Below are positions 9,379 through 18,726 of a stretch of 32,000 nucleotides of DNA, piece after piece. The DNA comes from Nonlabens ponticola (lineage in GTDB: Bacteria > Bacteroidota > Bacteroidia > Flavobacteriales > Flavobacteriaceae). The translations under genes and the position numbers were made by a program. Numbering within the stretch: position 1 is the stretch's first letter; each line of letters begins with the position of its first letter. A model generated the notes under the pieces. The model saw only the letters and a program-made list of their open reading frames with translations. It was not told the DNA's origin and did not search any database. Location of the stretch: the NCBI RefSeq assembly GCF_003966335.1, contig NZ_CP034549.1, positions 510,001 through 542,000 of the forward strand. The letters run 5' to 3'.

Positions 9379-10260
9379 ATGAACCAAAGCAACGACCGCA
9401 GTTTTCTCAAGATCATTCTTGCCGTACTAGCACTGCTACTATTGGGACTAGGTTACTGGTCTTACATCACCTTTCAAGAAAACCAAAAGATCAAGGATAA
9501 TCTCGTCCAGGAAAAAGAAAATATTGAACAGGAACTCAAGAACATCTCTCAAGAATACAGCATTGAAATTGAGAAAGGTAACATGTTGAGCGACAATCTC
9601 ATCGATGCTCGCGAGCGCATCACTAGACTGCGCGATAGCGTGATCAATCTAGAAGGTAATGTTGCCGTGTTGAGCAGGCTGCGCAAGGAACTAGCAAACA
9701 TACGTGCAGAGCGTTCCCAGCTGGTTCAAAAGATAACCGAGCTTGAAGAAAGCAACAAATACCTCGTACGGGTTAATGACAGTACCATCGCAGCGCTCAA
9801 TCAAGAAATCATAAAAGCAGAGCTACAAGAGGAAACCGTGGTAAAACTCAACGAAAACGTTGAGAAGGCAGCCACACTTATCCCAACTAATTTTGAACCT
9901 GAAGGTGTGATCATACGACGCTCAGGACGCCAGATTGTCAACGATCGCGCCAGCCGTGTGGACGATATCAACGTATGCTTCACACTACCAGAAAATTCAC
10001 TCGCGACACAAGGCGTCAACAGGTTTTATCTACAGGTGATCAATCCAGCAAACAATGTCATGGGCCTAGGTAAAACCATCGAGTTTGAGAGCGGCAGCCT
10101 TACCTACAGCAAGGTCGTAGAATTTAATTATACGGGCAAGGAGCTGGATATCTGTGAACTGCTGGGTGCTGATGTTGAAAACATTGAGAAAGGCACCTAT
10201 CGTGTCAACCTCTTCAATGGCGCCATACGCGTTGGTAATAAAACGATTGATTTTAAATAG
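9379..10260 (+). CDS. Membrane-anchored coiled-coil protein, function unknown
   Basis: It has an N-terminal TM helix (ILAVLALLLLGLGYWSYI), about 150 aa of heptad-like E/K/L-rich sequence and a C-terminal beta-rich domain. I recognise no family motif. Confidence 0.7.
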   Translation: MNQSNDRSFLKIILAVLALLLLGLGYWSYITFQENQKIKDNLVQEKENIEQELKNISQEYSIEIEKGNMLSDNLIDARERITRLRDSVINLEGNVAVLSRLRKELANIRAERSQLVQKITELEESNKYLVRVNDSTIAALNQEIIKAELQEETVVKLNENVEKAATLIPTNFEPEGVIIRRSGRQIVNDRASRVDDINVCFTLPENSLATQGVNRFYLQVINPANNVMGLGKTIEFESGSLTYSKVVEFNYTGKELDICELLGADVENIEKGTYRVNLFNGAIRVGNKTIDFK

Positions 10261-10282
10261 TGAGAAGATTTTTTGCTATTCC

Positions 10283-10296
10283 GCTTTCGCGAAAGC
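10283..10296. repeat. HIP-like palindrome copy 4: GCTTTCGCGAAAGC (intergenic)
   Basis: Read directly from the sequence. It lies 23 nt after the stop at 10260 and about 90 nt before the glyQS ATG. Confidence 0.95.
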
Positions 10297-10369
10297 TGAT
10301 TAATTCACCAACAACGCTTAACCTGTGAGGTAATCGATGGCAGCATGGCTAGTTATGCGAGCCTTTTTT

Positions 10370-10377
10370 TACCTTTG
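10370..10377 (+). promoter_or_regulatory. Candidate -7 box TACCTTTG for glyQS (would give a near-leaderless mRNA)
   Basis: It matches TAnnTTTG and lies 6 nt upstream of the ATG at 10384. No clear -33 element is present. Confidence 0.25.
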
Positions 10378-10383
10378 CCAGCT

Positions 10384-11928
10384 ATGGCAAACAACAATCA
10401 AGATCAGTTTAAGAAAGTGCTCTCACATGCTAAGGAATACGGCTATGTATTCCAATCCAGCGAGATTTATGACGGCTTGCAAGCGGTTTATGACTATGGT
10501 CAAAACGGTGTAGAGCTCAAGAAAAACATACGTGAGTACTGGTGGCAGGCGATGACGCAGCTCAATCAGGATATTGTAGGTATAGATACCGCCATTTTTA
10601 TGCATCCTACTACCTGGAAAGCCAGCGGCCACGTGGATGCCTTCAACGATCCATTGATTGACAATAAAGACAGTAAAAAGCGCTACCGTGCAGATGTGCT
10701 GGTAGAAGACTATTCTGAAAAATACCTGCAAAAAGCGGAAAAGGAAATTGCCAAGGCTGCCAAAAGATTTGGCGATGACTTTGACCCGCAAATGTACCGC
10801 GAGACCAATCCGCGAGTTAAGGGGTATCTAGAGAAAGCCAAAGAACCTGTCGAGCGTCTCGCAAGATTGCTAGAAAAAGAGGATCTAGCAGGCGTTAAAG
10901 CCTTGATTGAAGAACTAGGCATCGCAGATCCTGATACTGGTTCTAAAAACTGGACTGATGTACGTCAGTTTAACTTGATGTTTGGCACAAAGCTAGGCGC
11001 CAGTGCAGACACGGCAACAGATTTATATTTAAGACCAGAAACCGCTCAAGGAATTTTTGTCAACTTCTCTAATGTGCAGAAGTCTGGAAGGATGAAAATT
11101 CCTTTTGGCATCGCGCAAACAGGTAAGGCGTTTAGGAACGAGATCGTGGCGCGTCAATTTATATTCCGCCAGCGTGAGTTTGAGCAAATGGAGATGCAAT
11201 ATTTTGTAAAGCCAGGAACTGAACTCGAGTGGTTTGACGTATGGAAACAAAAGCGCATGGCATGGCACAAGTCCCTAGGTATGAACGAAGATAATTATCG
11301 TTTTCACGATCATGAAAAACTTGCCCATTATGCCAATGCGGCAACAGATATTGAGTTTGATTTTCCTTTTGGTTTTAAAGAATTAGAAGGTATCCACTCA
11401 CGCACTGACTTTGATTTGAAAGCACATGAAGAGCACAGTGGTAAAAAGCTGCAATTCTTTGATCACGAAGATAACGAGCATTATGTTCCCTATGTAATTG
11501 AGACATCCATTGGATTGGATCGTATGTTCTTAGCTGTTTTCTCAAACGCTTTACAAGATGAGACTCTAGAAGATGGCAGCGAGCGCACGGTGCTTAAAAT
11601 TCCTGCAGTTCTGGCACCAGTAAAAGCCGCTATTTTACCGCTGCTTAAAAAAGACGGCCTACCAGAAATCGCTGAAGAAATCATCAATGATCTCAAATGG
11701 TCCATGAAGGTACAGTATGACGAGAAAGATGCCATAGGTCGTCGCTACAGACGTCAAGATGCTAATGGTACGCCATTTTGTGTAACCATCGACCATGATA
11801 CTAAGGATGACAATGCGGTGACTGTGCGCGATAGAGACACTATGACTCAAGAGCGTATTGCAATCAAGGACTTAAAAAACTATCTAGAGCAACGTGTCGC
11901 TATGAGCGAGTGGTTGAAGAGGATATAA
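10384..11928 (+). CDS. glyQS: Glycine--tRNA ligase (class II, homodimeric GlyQS type)
   Basis: The N-terminus is the conserved FKKVLSHAKEYGYVFQSSEIYDGL...YDYG. The class II motifs are FRNEI and GLDR, and the anticodon-binding C-terminal domain is present. I prefer the ATG at 10384 (MANNNQDQF) because the 13-codon extension from 10345 is not GlyRS-like and a TACCTTTG promoter box would lie inside it. Confidence 0.9.
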   Translation: MANNNQDQFKKVLSHAKEYGYVFQSSEIYDGLQAVYDYGQNGVELKKNIREYWWQAMTQLNQDIVGIDTAIFMHPTTWKASGHVDAFNDPLIDNKDSKKRYRADVLVEDYSEKYLQKAEKEIAKAAKRFGDDFDPQMYRETNPRVKGYLEKAKEPVERLARLLEKEDLAGVKALIEELGIADPDTGSKNWTDVRQFNLMFGTKLGASADTATDLYLRPETAQGIFVNFSNVQKSGRMKIPFGIAQTGKAFRNEIVARQFIFRQREFEQMEMQYFVKPGTELEWFDVWKQKRMAWHKSLGMNEDNYRFHDHEKLAHYANAATDIEFDFPFGFKELEGIHSRTDFDLKAHEEHSGKKLQFFDHEDNEHYVPYVIETSIGLDRMFLAVFSNALQDETLEDGSERTVLKIPAVLAPVKAAILPLLKKDGLPEIAEEIINDLKWSMKVQYDEKDAIGRRYRRQDANGTPFCVTIDHDTKDDNAVTVRDRDTMTQERIAIKDLKNYLEQRVAMSEWLKRI

Positions 11929-11941
11929 ATTCAATATCATT

Positions 11942-12484
11942 TTGAGAAAACTACTTGTCATCTTATTAGTCCTGACCGCCTACCTAGGACATAGCCAGGA
12001 CGTTTATCATATTTTCAAATCTGACGGTTCTAAAGTTGAGGCAAAAAAATATGCTACTAACAATAAATGGATTACTGCTACCACCGCCGAGCGAGAAAAA
12101 ATCAATATTCCTTATGATGAATTAGATCGTGTAGAATATAAAATAACGCACAGAAAGAAAACAAATAAGATAGTTGAGGAATTTGTACTTGTTAGTGATA
12201 ATCGTGGTTATATGATGAAATTAATTCATGATGGTGCTTGTAAATCCTATACTCATATCGGTCCGTCAGCTGGACACACGGTCACGTACTTTTATGCTAA
12301 AATGAGAGGAGATCGTAAGGCGACCTGCATAGGCAGCAGGAATTTTGTGAATTTTATGAGCTATAAAAAAACCGCGAAGGAATTTTTTGAGGATTGTCCA
12401 AGTCTGCTTGAAAAGATTGATGAGAAATTCAAAAGAAAGAAAGTACACGATCTCGTTGCCTATTACAATTCAAATTGCAACTGA
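11942..12484 (+). CDS. Small secreted hypothetical protein
   Basis: 180-aa ORF with a TTG start and signal peptide MRKLLVILLVLTAYLGHSQ. I recognise no family. Confidence 0.55.
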   Translation: MRKLLVILLVLTAYLGHSQDVYHIFKSDGSKVEAKKYATNNKWITATTAEREKINIPYDELDRVEYKITHRKKTNKIVEEFVLVSDNRGYMMKLIHDGACKSYTHIGPSAGHTVTYFYAKMRGDRKATCIGSRNFVNFMSYKKTAKEFFEDCPSLLEKIDEKFKRKKVHDLVAYYNSNCN

Positions 12485-12513
12485 TATACCTTTCACCTTA
12501 TATGGCCTAACCC

Positions 12514-15500
12514 CTAAAAATAAGCCTTCAACTGCACGCTGCCTGTGTGGATTGTTCTTGCAGTTTCTGAGTTTCTACCGCTGTAGCTCAAGTTGAGATC
12601 TAGAAAGCTGCTTATCTTCTTTTGTACCAATAAATTCCAGGTGAGGTTGCTGCCTGGTTGCAGTCCTTCCAACATCTGGAAACCTACAGGCGAGAATGCC
12701 TGGCCATCAAAATCATTTTGTACATAACGCAGCTCGCCGTTGACAGCATACTTCTGTGATTGGTTAAACGCCCAGGAAACGCCTAGGTTTTGTTGGTAAA
12801 GCGTGGCCTCGTCATTAATTTGGTTATCCTTATTATGCAATTCATAAAATACATCGATGCGATTGCTCTCGCCAAACAAATAAGAAAGTTGAGGCCTCAA
12901 TAAGTACTCATCGATCTTGAAGTTTCTATTAGCAAAATTCTCGCTGCGGCTGGCATTAAAACCAGTTTGCCCGTTGAAAGACAGCAACCAGCTTTCGGCC
13001 ACCTTATGTAAAAAACTTAATTGATGACTTTCCAGCTCGCTTTCTAGACTGCCTATACTTTGTAGATTCTCGGTCGTAGTGCTTAAATAAGTGTAATTTG
13101 ATGTGTACCGCTGCTTACCGCGATTGAAAAACAGGCTGTTTCTAAAGCTAAGATTAAGACCTAATTGATCATCTGTATCATCAAACGGATTGAGGTCAAA
13201 CTTTTCACCGCGTCGCTCCACCATGCGGTCAATCAAGTAGCTGGTTTGATTATAAAATCTGGACAGTATTTTTTTCAAGCCATTTTCACCAGACCACGAG
13301 ATAGGATTCAATGTGATGGTCTGGCTAAATTTATTCTGGTGAATAGGTAGAAAAATCTGATTAGGCAGCAAGATGCGCACATATCGGGCCTGATCCTGAA
13401 ATTGTGCTACCTCAAACTCATTCAGATCCTGAATGCCATCGCCATTATAGTCAATCCAGGTAAACGTTCCTTGACCAGCATTGACTTCCAGATAGGTAAA
13501 ATCCTGGCGCGGTATGGTACCGCTGTTAGTTTCATAAGTTGTGTTCCACAGAATTTTATTGGAAAACAGTTTACGGTTATAAATGAGCCTGCTGTTGAGC
13601 GAGACTTCATCATCAACGTCCTCATTGACATCGCTCAGCACACGATAATTAGCAAAAATCATCAAGTTAGACAGCTTATTCTTGATAGGTTGAGACTTTA
13701 AATAATATGTGTTTGAGGTGTTCACGCGCTGCAACTCATTATCTCGCAAACTATCATTCACACGATATCGATAGCCTATTTCCACAAATGTTGCCGTACT
13801 ATCGCCGCGACCCACAAATCCTTCATACTGGGTAAATCGTTGCGACAGCGGCGTCAATTGATTGGAAACTTTATCCTCTTGCTGGTTGTTCTCATGATCA
13901 ATTCTTGCTCCTATCCAGTAGTTAGAGATATTCTTGGTAACATCTGCATCGAGCCTATTAAAAGTACTTTCCTGTGTGGTGCTATTGGTATTGAGTACGC
14001 TTCCGCGAAAGCGTGACAACCATCCATCACCACGGTACCTACCAGCTGCATTGTGTCTCGTACCATTGTAACGATCCTGAAATTCCAGATGCTGAAACTG
14101 GTAGCTTGCCCTGATTGTGGTATCGCGTGTGTATTGAAGTCCCGTATTGGTAAATAATTGGTTGCCGAGTGTGTTATCTAGGTTCCAGTCGCGGTTGAAT
14201 TCAATGTTGTAAACACGTTCCACATTGCGGAAATCACTACCAATGTAATCTGTATTTACCTGCAATTGTAGTGACTGTAAGGAATCCTGACCCAGTAATT
14301 GCTGCTCTACTCCTAGCTTGATCGCCACATCGCGATTGTCATCATCTTCCACATTAGAAAAACGGTTAAGGTCATTGCTACTGGCAGCAAACTCGCTCAA
14401 TAACTGCGTGCTAGTAGTAGGTTTGTATTGTGCCTTGAAACCAGCAATCGTCAATATCTCTGGAGCAAAAAGTCGTACCACAGGCTCATAATTACCTTGC
14501 GGAATACCATTTATGGGCTCTACAAATTCATAGATATTTGAAATTGCCTGATCGTTGACCAGTCGATAGTTCCCTTGATTTGCACCAACTAATGAAAACC
14601 GCACATTGAAAAGCTGCTCACTAGCATCCTGCGAGAAAATAAATCGCGGTACGCCATTGATCACCTGCCTGCGGTATTGGATTCTATTTTCAGAAAAACC
14701 AGCTTCGACCGCGCTGGGTGCAATAGCAAGATCTGGATCGTCACCTGCGGCAGCTAAAACCTCAACCTGTTCTTGGTTTAGGTCTTGCTGTAACGGTTGA
14801 TTTTTGGCATCACTTTCTGTGTAGGCATAGGCATCAACCTTTAATTTATTGGACTCATAACCACCATTTGCATAACCTACAAATCGGGTAAAGTTGCGCT
14901 CGCTATATTGATATTCTATGCTGATGCGCATCTCACTGGTAATGGGAAAAGTCGGATTGAATCTTACTTCGCCAGCGTTGTAATCGATGATATAGTCTGC
15001 ATTCTCACCACGAGTAAGAATGACACCATTGACATACACACGCTCACTACCAGAAACCACCAGAATAAAGAGTTCGCCATTTTGACCTATTAATTTATAC
15101 GGTCCTTGATTACCTTCTTGACCAGTGAATCTAGTAGTATTAAATGTACCGCGCACCAGTGCACCAGCGCCACCTAGATATCCGCGAGAATCATCATCGC
15201 CTAGTTGGAACTGTCCAGAAATTCCCTGCACACGCTTGGTAAAATTGTTGAACTGGTAACCAGTCTGAATGAGATCCACGTCACCAGCTCTAATATTCCA
15301 GTTATCACTAAAAAGTTCAATAAATATCTGGTCAAATTCATCCAGTCGTTGGGAATAACCGTTCTGCGTTTGTGGTATGTTAGCATCTTGAATTGAGGCA
15401 CGTAAAGAAACTTTATCTGAAAGTTTTCCCACGATGCGCAAGTCCAGCTCGCTGTCCACAACGCTGCTTTGATTATTACCAGCACGCAATCCTCTAGTAA

Positions 15501-15921
15501 TGCTACCGCTTACTTGCAACCCATCAAAAGGAACAAAATTATTTTGAGTAGTGGACTTGCGCAACGCTACCAATCGCTCTTGCTGAGTCTCGTTTTCTAG
15601 AATGATGGATCTATCATACGCACTGTAAGACGGAAACAAATATTCTGATAGCCTTAGAAAAGAAACGTCTAACGAGTCATGCTCTCGCACCAATGATTCA
15701 TTGGGATATAGTCTAGAGTTCGTAAAGTCAACACGATAATTACTATCATCAACCGTATCGCCTAGAGTAGTAAACACTTTGAAATAGGAAGGATTGGCAC
15801 TGATGCTGTCAAACACGATGGTATCTCGCACAGCCATTCTTTTTGTAATGCTGCCATCTATCTTTTGCGCACTGGCACAGGTTGCCAGCAATATTAAAAG
15901 AAGAGTGCATTTAAAGGCCAT
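12514..15921 (-). CDS. Large outer-membrane beta-barrel protein, family unassigned
   Basis: The ORF is uninterrupted for about 3.4 kb. The signal peptide from the ATG at 15921 is MAFKCTLLLILLATCASAQ. Long stretches alternate in a beta-strand-like pattern rich in Y/N/S/T/G/R. The C-terminus ...GSVQLKAYF ends in the aromatic residue typical of BAM substrates. Confidence 0.75.
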   Translation of the reverse strand: MAFKCTLLLILLATCASAQKIDGSITKRMAVRDTIVFDSISANPSYFKVFTTLGDTVDDSNYRVDFTNSRLYPNESLVREHDSLDVSFLRLSEYLFPSYSAYDRSIILENETQQERLVALRKSTTQNNFVPFDGLQVSGSITRGLRAGNNQSSVVDSELDLRIVGKLSDKVSLRASIQDANIPQTQNGYSQRLDEFDQIFIELFSDNWNIRAGDVDLIQTGYQFNNFTKRVQGISGQFQLGDDDSRGYLGGAGALVRGTFNTTRFTGQEGNQGPYKLIGQNGELFILVVSGSERVYVNGVILTRGENADYIIDYNAGEVRFNPTFPITSEMRISIEYQYSERNFTRFVGYANGGYESNKLKVDAYAYTESDAKNQPLQQDLNQEQVEVLAAAGDDPDLAIAPSAVEAGFSENRIQYRRQVINGVPRFIFSQDASEQLFNVRFSLVGANQGNYRLVNDQAISNIYEFVEPINGIPQGNYEPVVRLFAPEILTIAGFKAQYKPTTSTQLLSEFAASSNDLNRFSNVEDDDNRDVAIKLGVEQQLLGQDSLQSLQLQVNTDYIGSDFRNVERVYNIEFNRDWNLDNTLGNQLFTNTGLQYTRDTTIRASYQFQHLEFQDRYNGTRHNAAGRYRGDGWLSRFRGSVLNTNSTTQESTFNRLDADVTKNISNYWIGARIDHENNQQEDKVSNQLTPLSQRFTQYEGFVGRGDSTATFVEIGYRYRVNDSLRDNELQRVNTSNTYYLKSQPIKNKLSNLMIFANYRVLSDVNEDVDDEVSLNSRLIYNRKLFSNKILWNTTYETNSGTIPRQDFTYLEVNAGQGTFTWIDYNGDGIQDLNEFEVAQFQDQARYVRILLPNQIFLPIHQNKFSQTITLNPISWSGENGLKKILSRFYNQTSYLIDRMVERRGEKFDLNPFDDTDDQLGLNLSFRNSLFFNRGKQRYTSNYTYLSTTTENLQSIGSLESELESHQLSFLHKVAESWLLSFNGQTGFNASRSENFANRNFKIDEYLLRPQLSYLFGESNRIDVFYELHNKDNQINDEATLYQQNLGVSWAFNQSQKYAVNGELRYVQNDFDGQAFSPVGFQMLEGLQPGSNLTWNLLVQKKISSFLDLNLSYSGRNSETARTIHTGSVQLKAYF
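13997..14014. repeat. HIP-like palindrome copy 5, degenerate: ACGCTTcCGCGAAAGCGT (1 mismatch)
   Basis: Read directly from the sequence. It lies inside the large OMP gene and encodes RFRGS. Confidence 0.8.
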
Positions 15922-15945
15922 GTACTGTGTAAAACAGATAAGCCT

Positions 15946-15953
15946 CAAAAATA
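15946..15953 (-). promoter_or_regulatory. Candidate -7 box TATTTTTG for the large OMP gene
   Basis: The minus strand reads TATTTTTG, 24 nt upstream of the ATG at 15921. This supports that start over the TTG at 15948. Confidence 0.3.
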
Positions 15954-16089
15954 TTTTAAATATGTGGCTTTATCGCAGGCTTGCCGTGGTATTACTCTGT
16001 ATGCAAGCTTGTCTATGAAATGAATAACGTGATAAAGGTTTTTCAAAACTGTCCTGGAGACATATTAATCCAGCATAATCATTTCAAAT

Positions 16090-17121
16090 TTACTTTCTTA
16101 GAATAGCTTCTAGCCTTTTAATAATTACAGACGTATCAATAGAATCAAGCGCTTCCACATAATCGGCAGGAACTTTTTTACCATAGATGGTGGTAGGCAT
16201 TTTGGGGTATTTGTCGCGACTTACAATTATCTGATTCTCTTCTGGCTGATTGATAGGTTTAAAACCTGCGTATGGATGTGTATTACCCCATAACGTGATC
16301 ACGGGAACGCCATACATAGCTGCCAGATGACCATTACCGCTATCCACACAAATCATAGTATCTAGATTTGAAATGACTTGAAGCTCTTCTTCTAGAGACA
16401 TCATACCTGCAAGATTGAAAACCGATGCATGGGTTCCGGCGGCAATTTTGAGCCATTGACATTCTTTCTCGCCACCGCCAAAAAGTAAGATCTGTACATT
16501 GTCGAGCAGTGATAACTCATGTACTATTTCTTGGGTTTTAGTTAGAGTTAAAGATTTTGAGGCATGAGCAGCAAATGGCGCAAAACCAATCCATTTTTGC
16601 TTATGACTACCCAGTATTTGCTGAATGTTATCTGGTACTGATGACTTGGGCAACACATGTTTTCCATTTAACTCAAATTTGAAACCTAGATTGTCAAATA
16701 CCTTGATATAGCGATCAACGGTTAGCGGTAATTGTTTGAAAAAATCGGACATACTGATGAGCTTTTTCTTGTCGTTTCTGCCTTTATCTATGACCGCTGC
16801 CTGAGTTTTAAATAGGAAAAACCGCAATAATTTTGTGCGCAGTACATCGTGAATATCTGCGATGGCATCTACTTCATAAGCTCTTAGAGTTTTTGCGAGT
16901 CGTCTTAATCCTAAGATTCCCTTATGGTCACCAGCGGTGTCGATCTCTTCTAGGACAATTCCTTGTACTTGATTTAAAATAGGTAGGAAACGCTTTCGCG
17001 AAAGCATAATTATCTCAACATCTGGATACTGTTCTCGCATGGCAAGAAGTACCGGTACCACGATTGCAACGTCACCCATCGCACTCAGGCGCATGACCAG
17101 TATGCGTTGTGGCAGGCTCAT
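16090..17121 (-). CDS. Glycosyltransferase family 9 (heptosyltransferase-like)
   Basis: The N-terminal signature ILVMRLSAMGDVAIVVPVL and the C-terminal VDSGNGHLAAMYGVPVITLWG are typical of GT9 enzymes. Its ATG directly abuts the stop of the upstream gene (17121/17122). Confidence 0.85.
   Translation of the reverse strand: MSLPQRILVMRLSAMGDVAIVVPVLLAMREQYPDVEIIMLSRKRFLPILNQVQGIVLEEIDTAGDHKGILGLRRLAKTLRAYEVDAIADIHDVLRTKLLRFFLFKTQAAVIDKGRNDKKKLISMSDFFKQLPLTVDRYIKVFDNLGFKFELNGKHVLPKSSVPDNIQQILGSHKQKWIGFAPFAAHASKSLTLTKTQEIVHELSLLDNVQILLFGGGEKECQWLKIAAGTHASVFNLAGMMSLEEELQVISNLDTMICVDSGNGHLAAMYGVPVITLWGNTHPYAGFKPINQPEENQIIVSRDKYPKMPTTIYGKKVPADYVEALDSIDTSVIIKRLEAILRK
16992..17005. repeat. HIP-like palindrome copy 6: GCTTTCGCGAAAGC
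   Basis: Read directly from the sequence. It lies inside the GT9 gene and encodes LSRKR. Confidence 0.95.
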
Positions 17122-17730
17122 TTATTTTCTAGAGCGCAGTACAGGATTGAGCTCATCATCATTATACATTTTCATCTGTTTGTAGACCTTCATGTATTTG
17201 CGACCATGTGCAATGTCCGCCAGTAATTGATCTAGAGCCGTTGATAGATCAATACGCTGTTCTAAGAGGATATCTAGTTTTGCCTGACAGGAATTTATAT
17301 GTGATTGACTAGCATCTTTTCTCGTTGCTTCCTCGTGCATGTGATAGATCTTGAGCGCGAGAATGGAAAGACGATCTACTGCCCATGCAGGACTTTCAGT
17401 ATTGATAGTGGCTGTATCGCTCACCTCAACCTCCTTGTATTTTTCTAGAAAATAACTGTCAATATATTCCACCATATCCGTACGATCCTGATTGCTAGCG
17501 TCGATTTTACGCTTCAAGGTAAGTGCTGCAACCGGTTCAATTTGTGGATCTCTAATGATGTCTTCATAATGCCATTGTACGGTATCAATCCAGCACTTGC
17601 GATACAATAAATGCTCAATGGTGTGGCTATTACGATCATAAGGATTGGTAAATTCTTGATCTACCGTATTGATCTCGTGATAGGTGTCGATAACCTTTTG
17701 AAATATCTCGTTTGCCTTGTCTGAAAACAT
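17122..17730 (-). CDS. DUF4254-like protein of unknown function
   Basis: About 200-aa soluble, largely helical ORF with its ATG at 17730. There is zero gap to the GT9 gene. I recall DUF4254 as a Bacteroidota family commonly adjacent to GT9 genes, but that is recall, not a search result. Confidence 0.65.
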   Translation of the reverse strand: MFSDKANEIFQKVIDTYHEINTVDQEFTNPYDRNSHTIEHLLYRKCWIDTVQWHYEDIIRDPQIEPVAALTLKRKIDASNQDRTDMVEYIDSYFLEKYKEVEVSDTATINTESPAWAVDRLSILALKIYHMHEEATRKDASQSHINSCQAKLDILLEQRIDLSTALDQLLADIAHGRKYMKVYKQMKMYNDDELNPVLRSRK

Positions 17731-17750
17731 CAAATTGATTTTAAAAAATT

Positions 17751-17758
17751 CAAAGATA
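17751..17758 (-). promoter_or_regulatory. Candidate -7 box TATCTTTG for the DUF4254-GT9 operon
   Basis: The minus strand reads TATCTTTG, 20 nt upstream of the ATG at 17730. Confidence 0.3.
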
Positions 17759-17779
17759 CAGGTTCTACAGATTAATGCT

Positions 17780-18682
17780 CTAACCTATAAAAATGGCTAC
17801 CAATAGTAATAACGCTGGCATGATAAAGAGTACTTCTTTCCACAAGCGATGCTGCACATTTTCTACCGCACGTACCATAAAAATTGATACTAACGGAATT
17901 AGAAAAATCACGTACCGAAAATCAAACAAGATGATAAGAACCAGAGAGAAAATACCGGTCATTACCAGCAATGAAAATCGAGGTCGCACTCGCTGGTGAA
18001 TATCTACCAACTTTAATATGTAAATCAATAACCCAACGATGCTCGCAACTACTATAACACTAGACACTAGGAACTCAGGTTGCCAATAAAGAAAAGGTAA
18101 TTCTATCAAGAAAACATCACCATTCAAAAATTGAGATACAGTTGTCCAATTAGTGTAAAGTTGAATAATCCAAGAGATCATAAAAACGGCAAGTAAAGCG
18201 ACTACTGGTATCGCCCAATGACGCCAATTACCACGATTAAACAGGAAAACTGCTACAAAAACCGATAGCAAAAACACGATCGTCAAAGGAAAGATCATCG
18301 CCATGACAGCAATGAGAAAGGTGGCGTCAAATATTTTGGACAAGACAGACTTGCCATTCTTAAGACTGAGCAATCTGCGCAAAGCGAGCAACATCAAAAC
18401 AAGGCCTAAGAAATAAAACCAATTATCAATAGAGATCGCCGCGGCCAGCAAGAACATCGTGTAAGCGTATAATAGGTAGGAATTTTTGCCGGTAAGCTCA
18501 TTTTTAAGAATGATGAATTGGATAACCAACACTGAAAAAGCCATGAATAGACCAGACCAGACATAATTCCACTGCCACACATCGTGAAGCCAGTATGACA
18601 ACAGCATGCTTCCAGGTGCGAGCAGCAACATGCTTATGAGATAGTGAAAGGGTTGCGACGTGCTAAAAAATCTTGACAGCAT
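17780..18682 (-). CDS. Polytopic inner-membrane protein of unknown function (DUF6427-like)
   Basis: It contains about 8-9 hydrophobic helices. I prefer the ATG at 18682 (MLSRFFSTSQPFHYLI...) over the GTG at 18694. No catalytic motif is visible. Confidence 0.65.
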   Translation of the reverse strand: MLSRFFSTSQPFHYLISMLLLAPGSMLLSYWLHDVWQWNYVWSGLFMAFSVLVIQFIILKNELTGKNSYLLYAYTMFLLAAAISIDNWFYFLGLVLMLLALRRLLSLKNGKSVLSKIFDATFLIAVMAMIFPLTIVFLLSVFVAVFLFNRGNWRHWAIPVVALLAVFMISWIIQLYTNWTTVSQFLNGDVFLIELPFLYWQPEFLVSSVIVVASIVGLLIYILKLVDIHQRVRPRFSLLVMTGIFSLVLIILFDFRYVIFLIPLVSIFMVRAVENVQHRLWKEVLFIMPALLLLVAIFIG

Positions 18683-18694
18683 GATGTTTTTCAC

Positions 18695-18702
18695 TATTTT
18701 TG
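18695..18702 (+). promoter_or_regulatory. Bacteroidota sigma-A type -7 box TATTTTTG, with -33 TTG at 18673-18675
   Basis: It matches TAnnTTTG. A 19-nt spacer separates it from the upstream TTG. It lies 24 nt upstream of the ATG at 18727. Confidence 0.4.
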
Positions 18703-18726
18703 CAAGGATAAAAGCAATTTACTGCA

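Noticed and set aside
10345-10383. Longer N-terminal extensions offered by the ORF track: glyQS from 10345, the OMP from 15948, the lipoprotein from 8625, the membrane protein from 18694, DUF4254 from 17733, GT4 from 29111 and SGNH from 27974
   Set aside because: Most of these extensions begin at TTG or GTG a few codons upstream of an ATG that gives a canonical N-terminus or signal peptide. Several would swallow the candidate -7 promoter boxes. I prefer the ATG starts but have not proven them.
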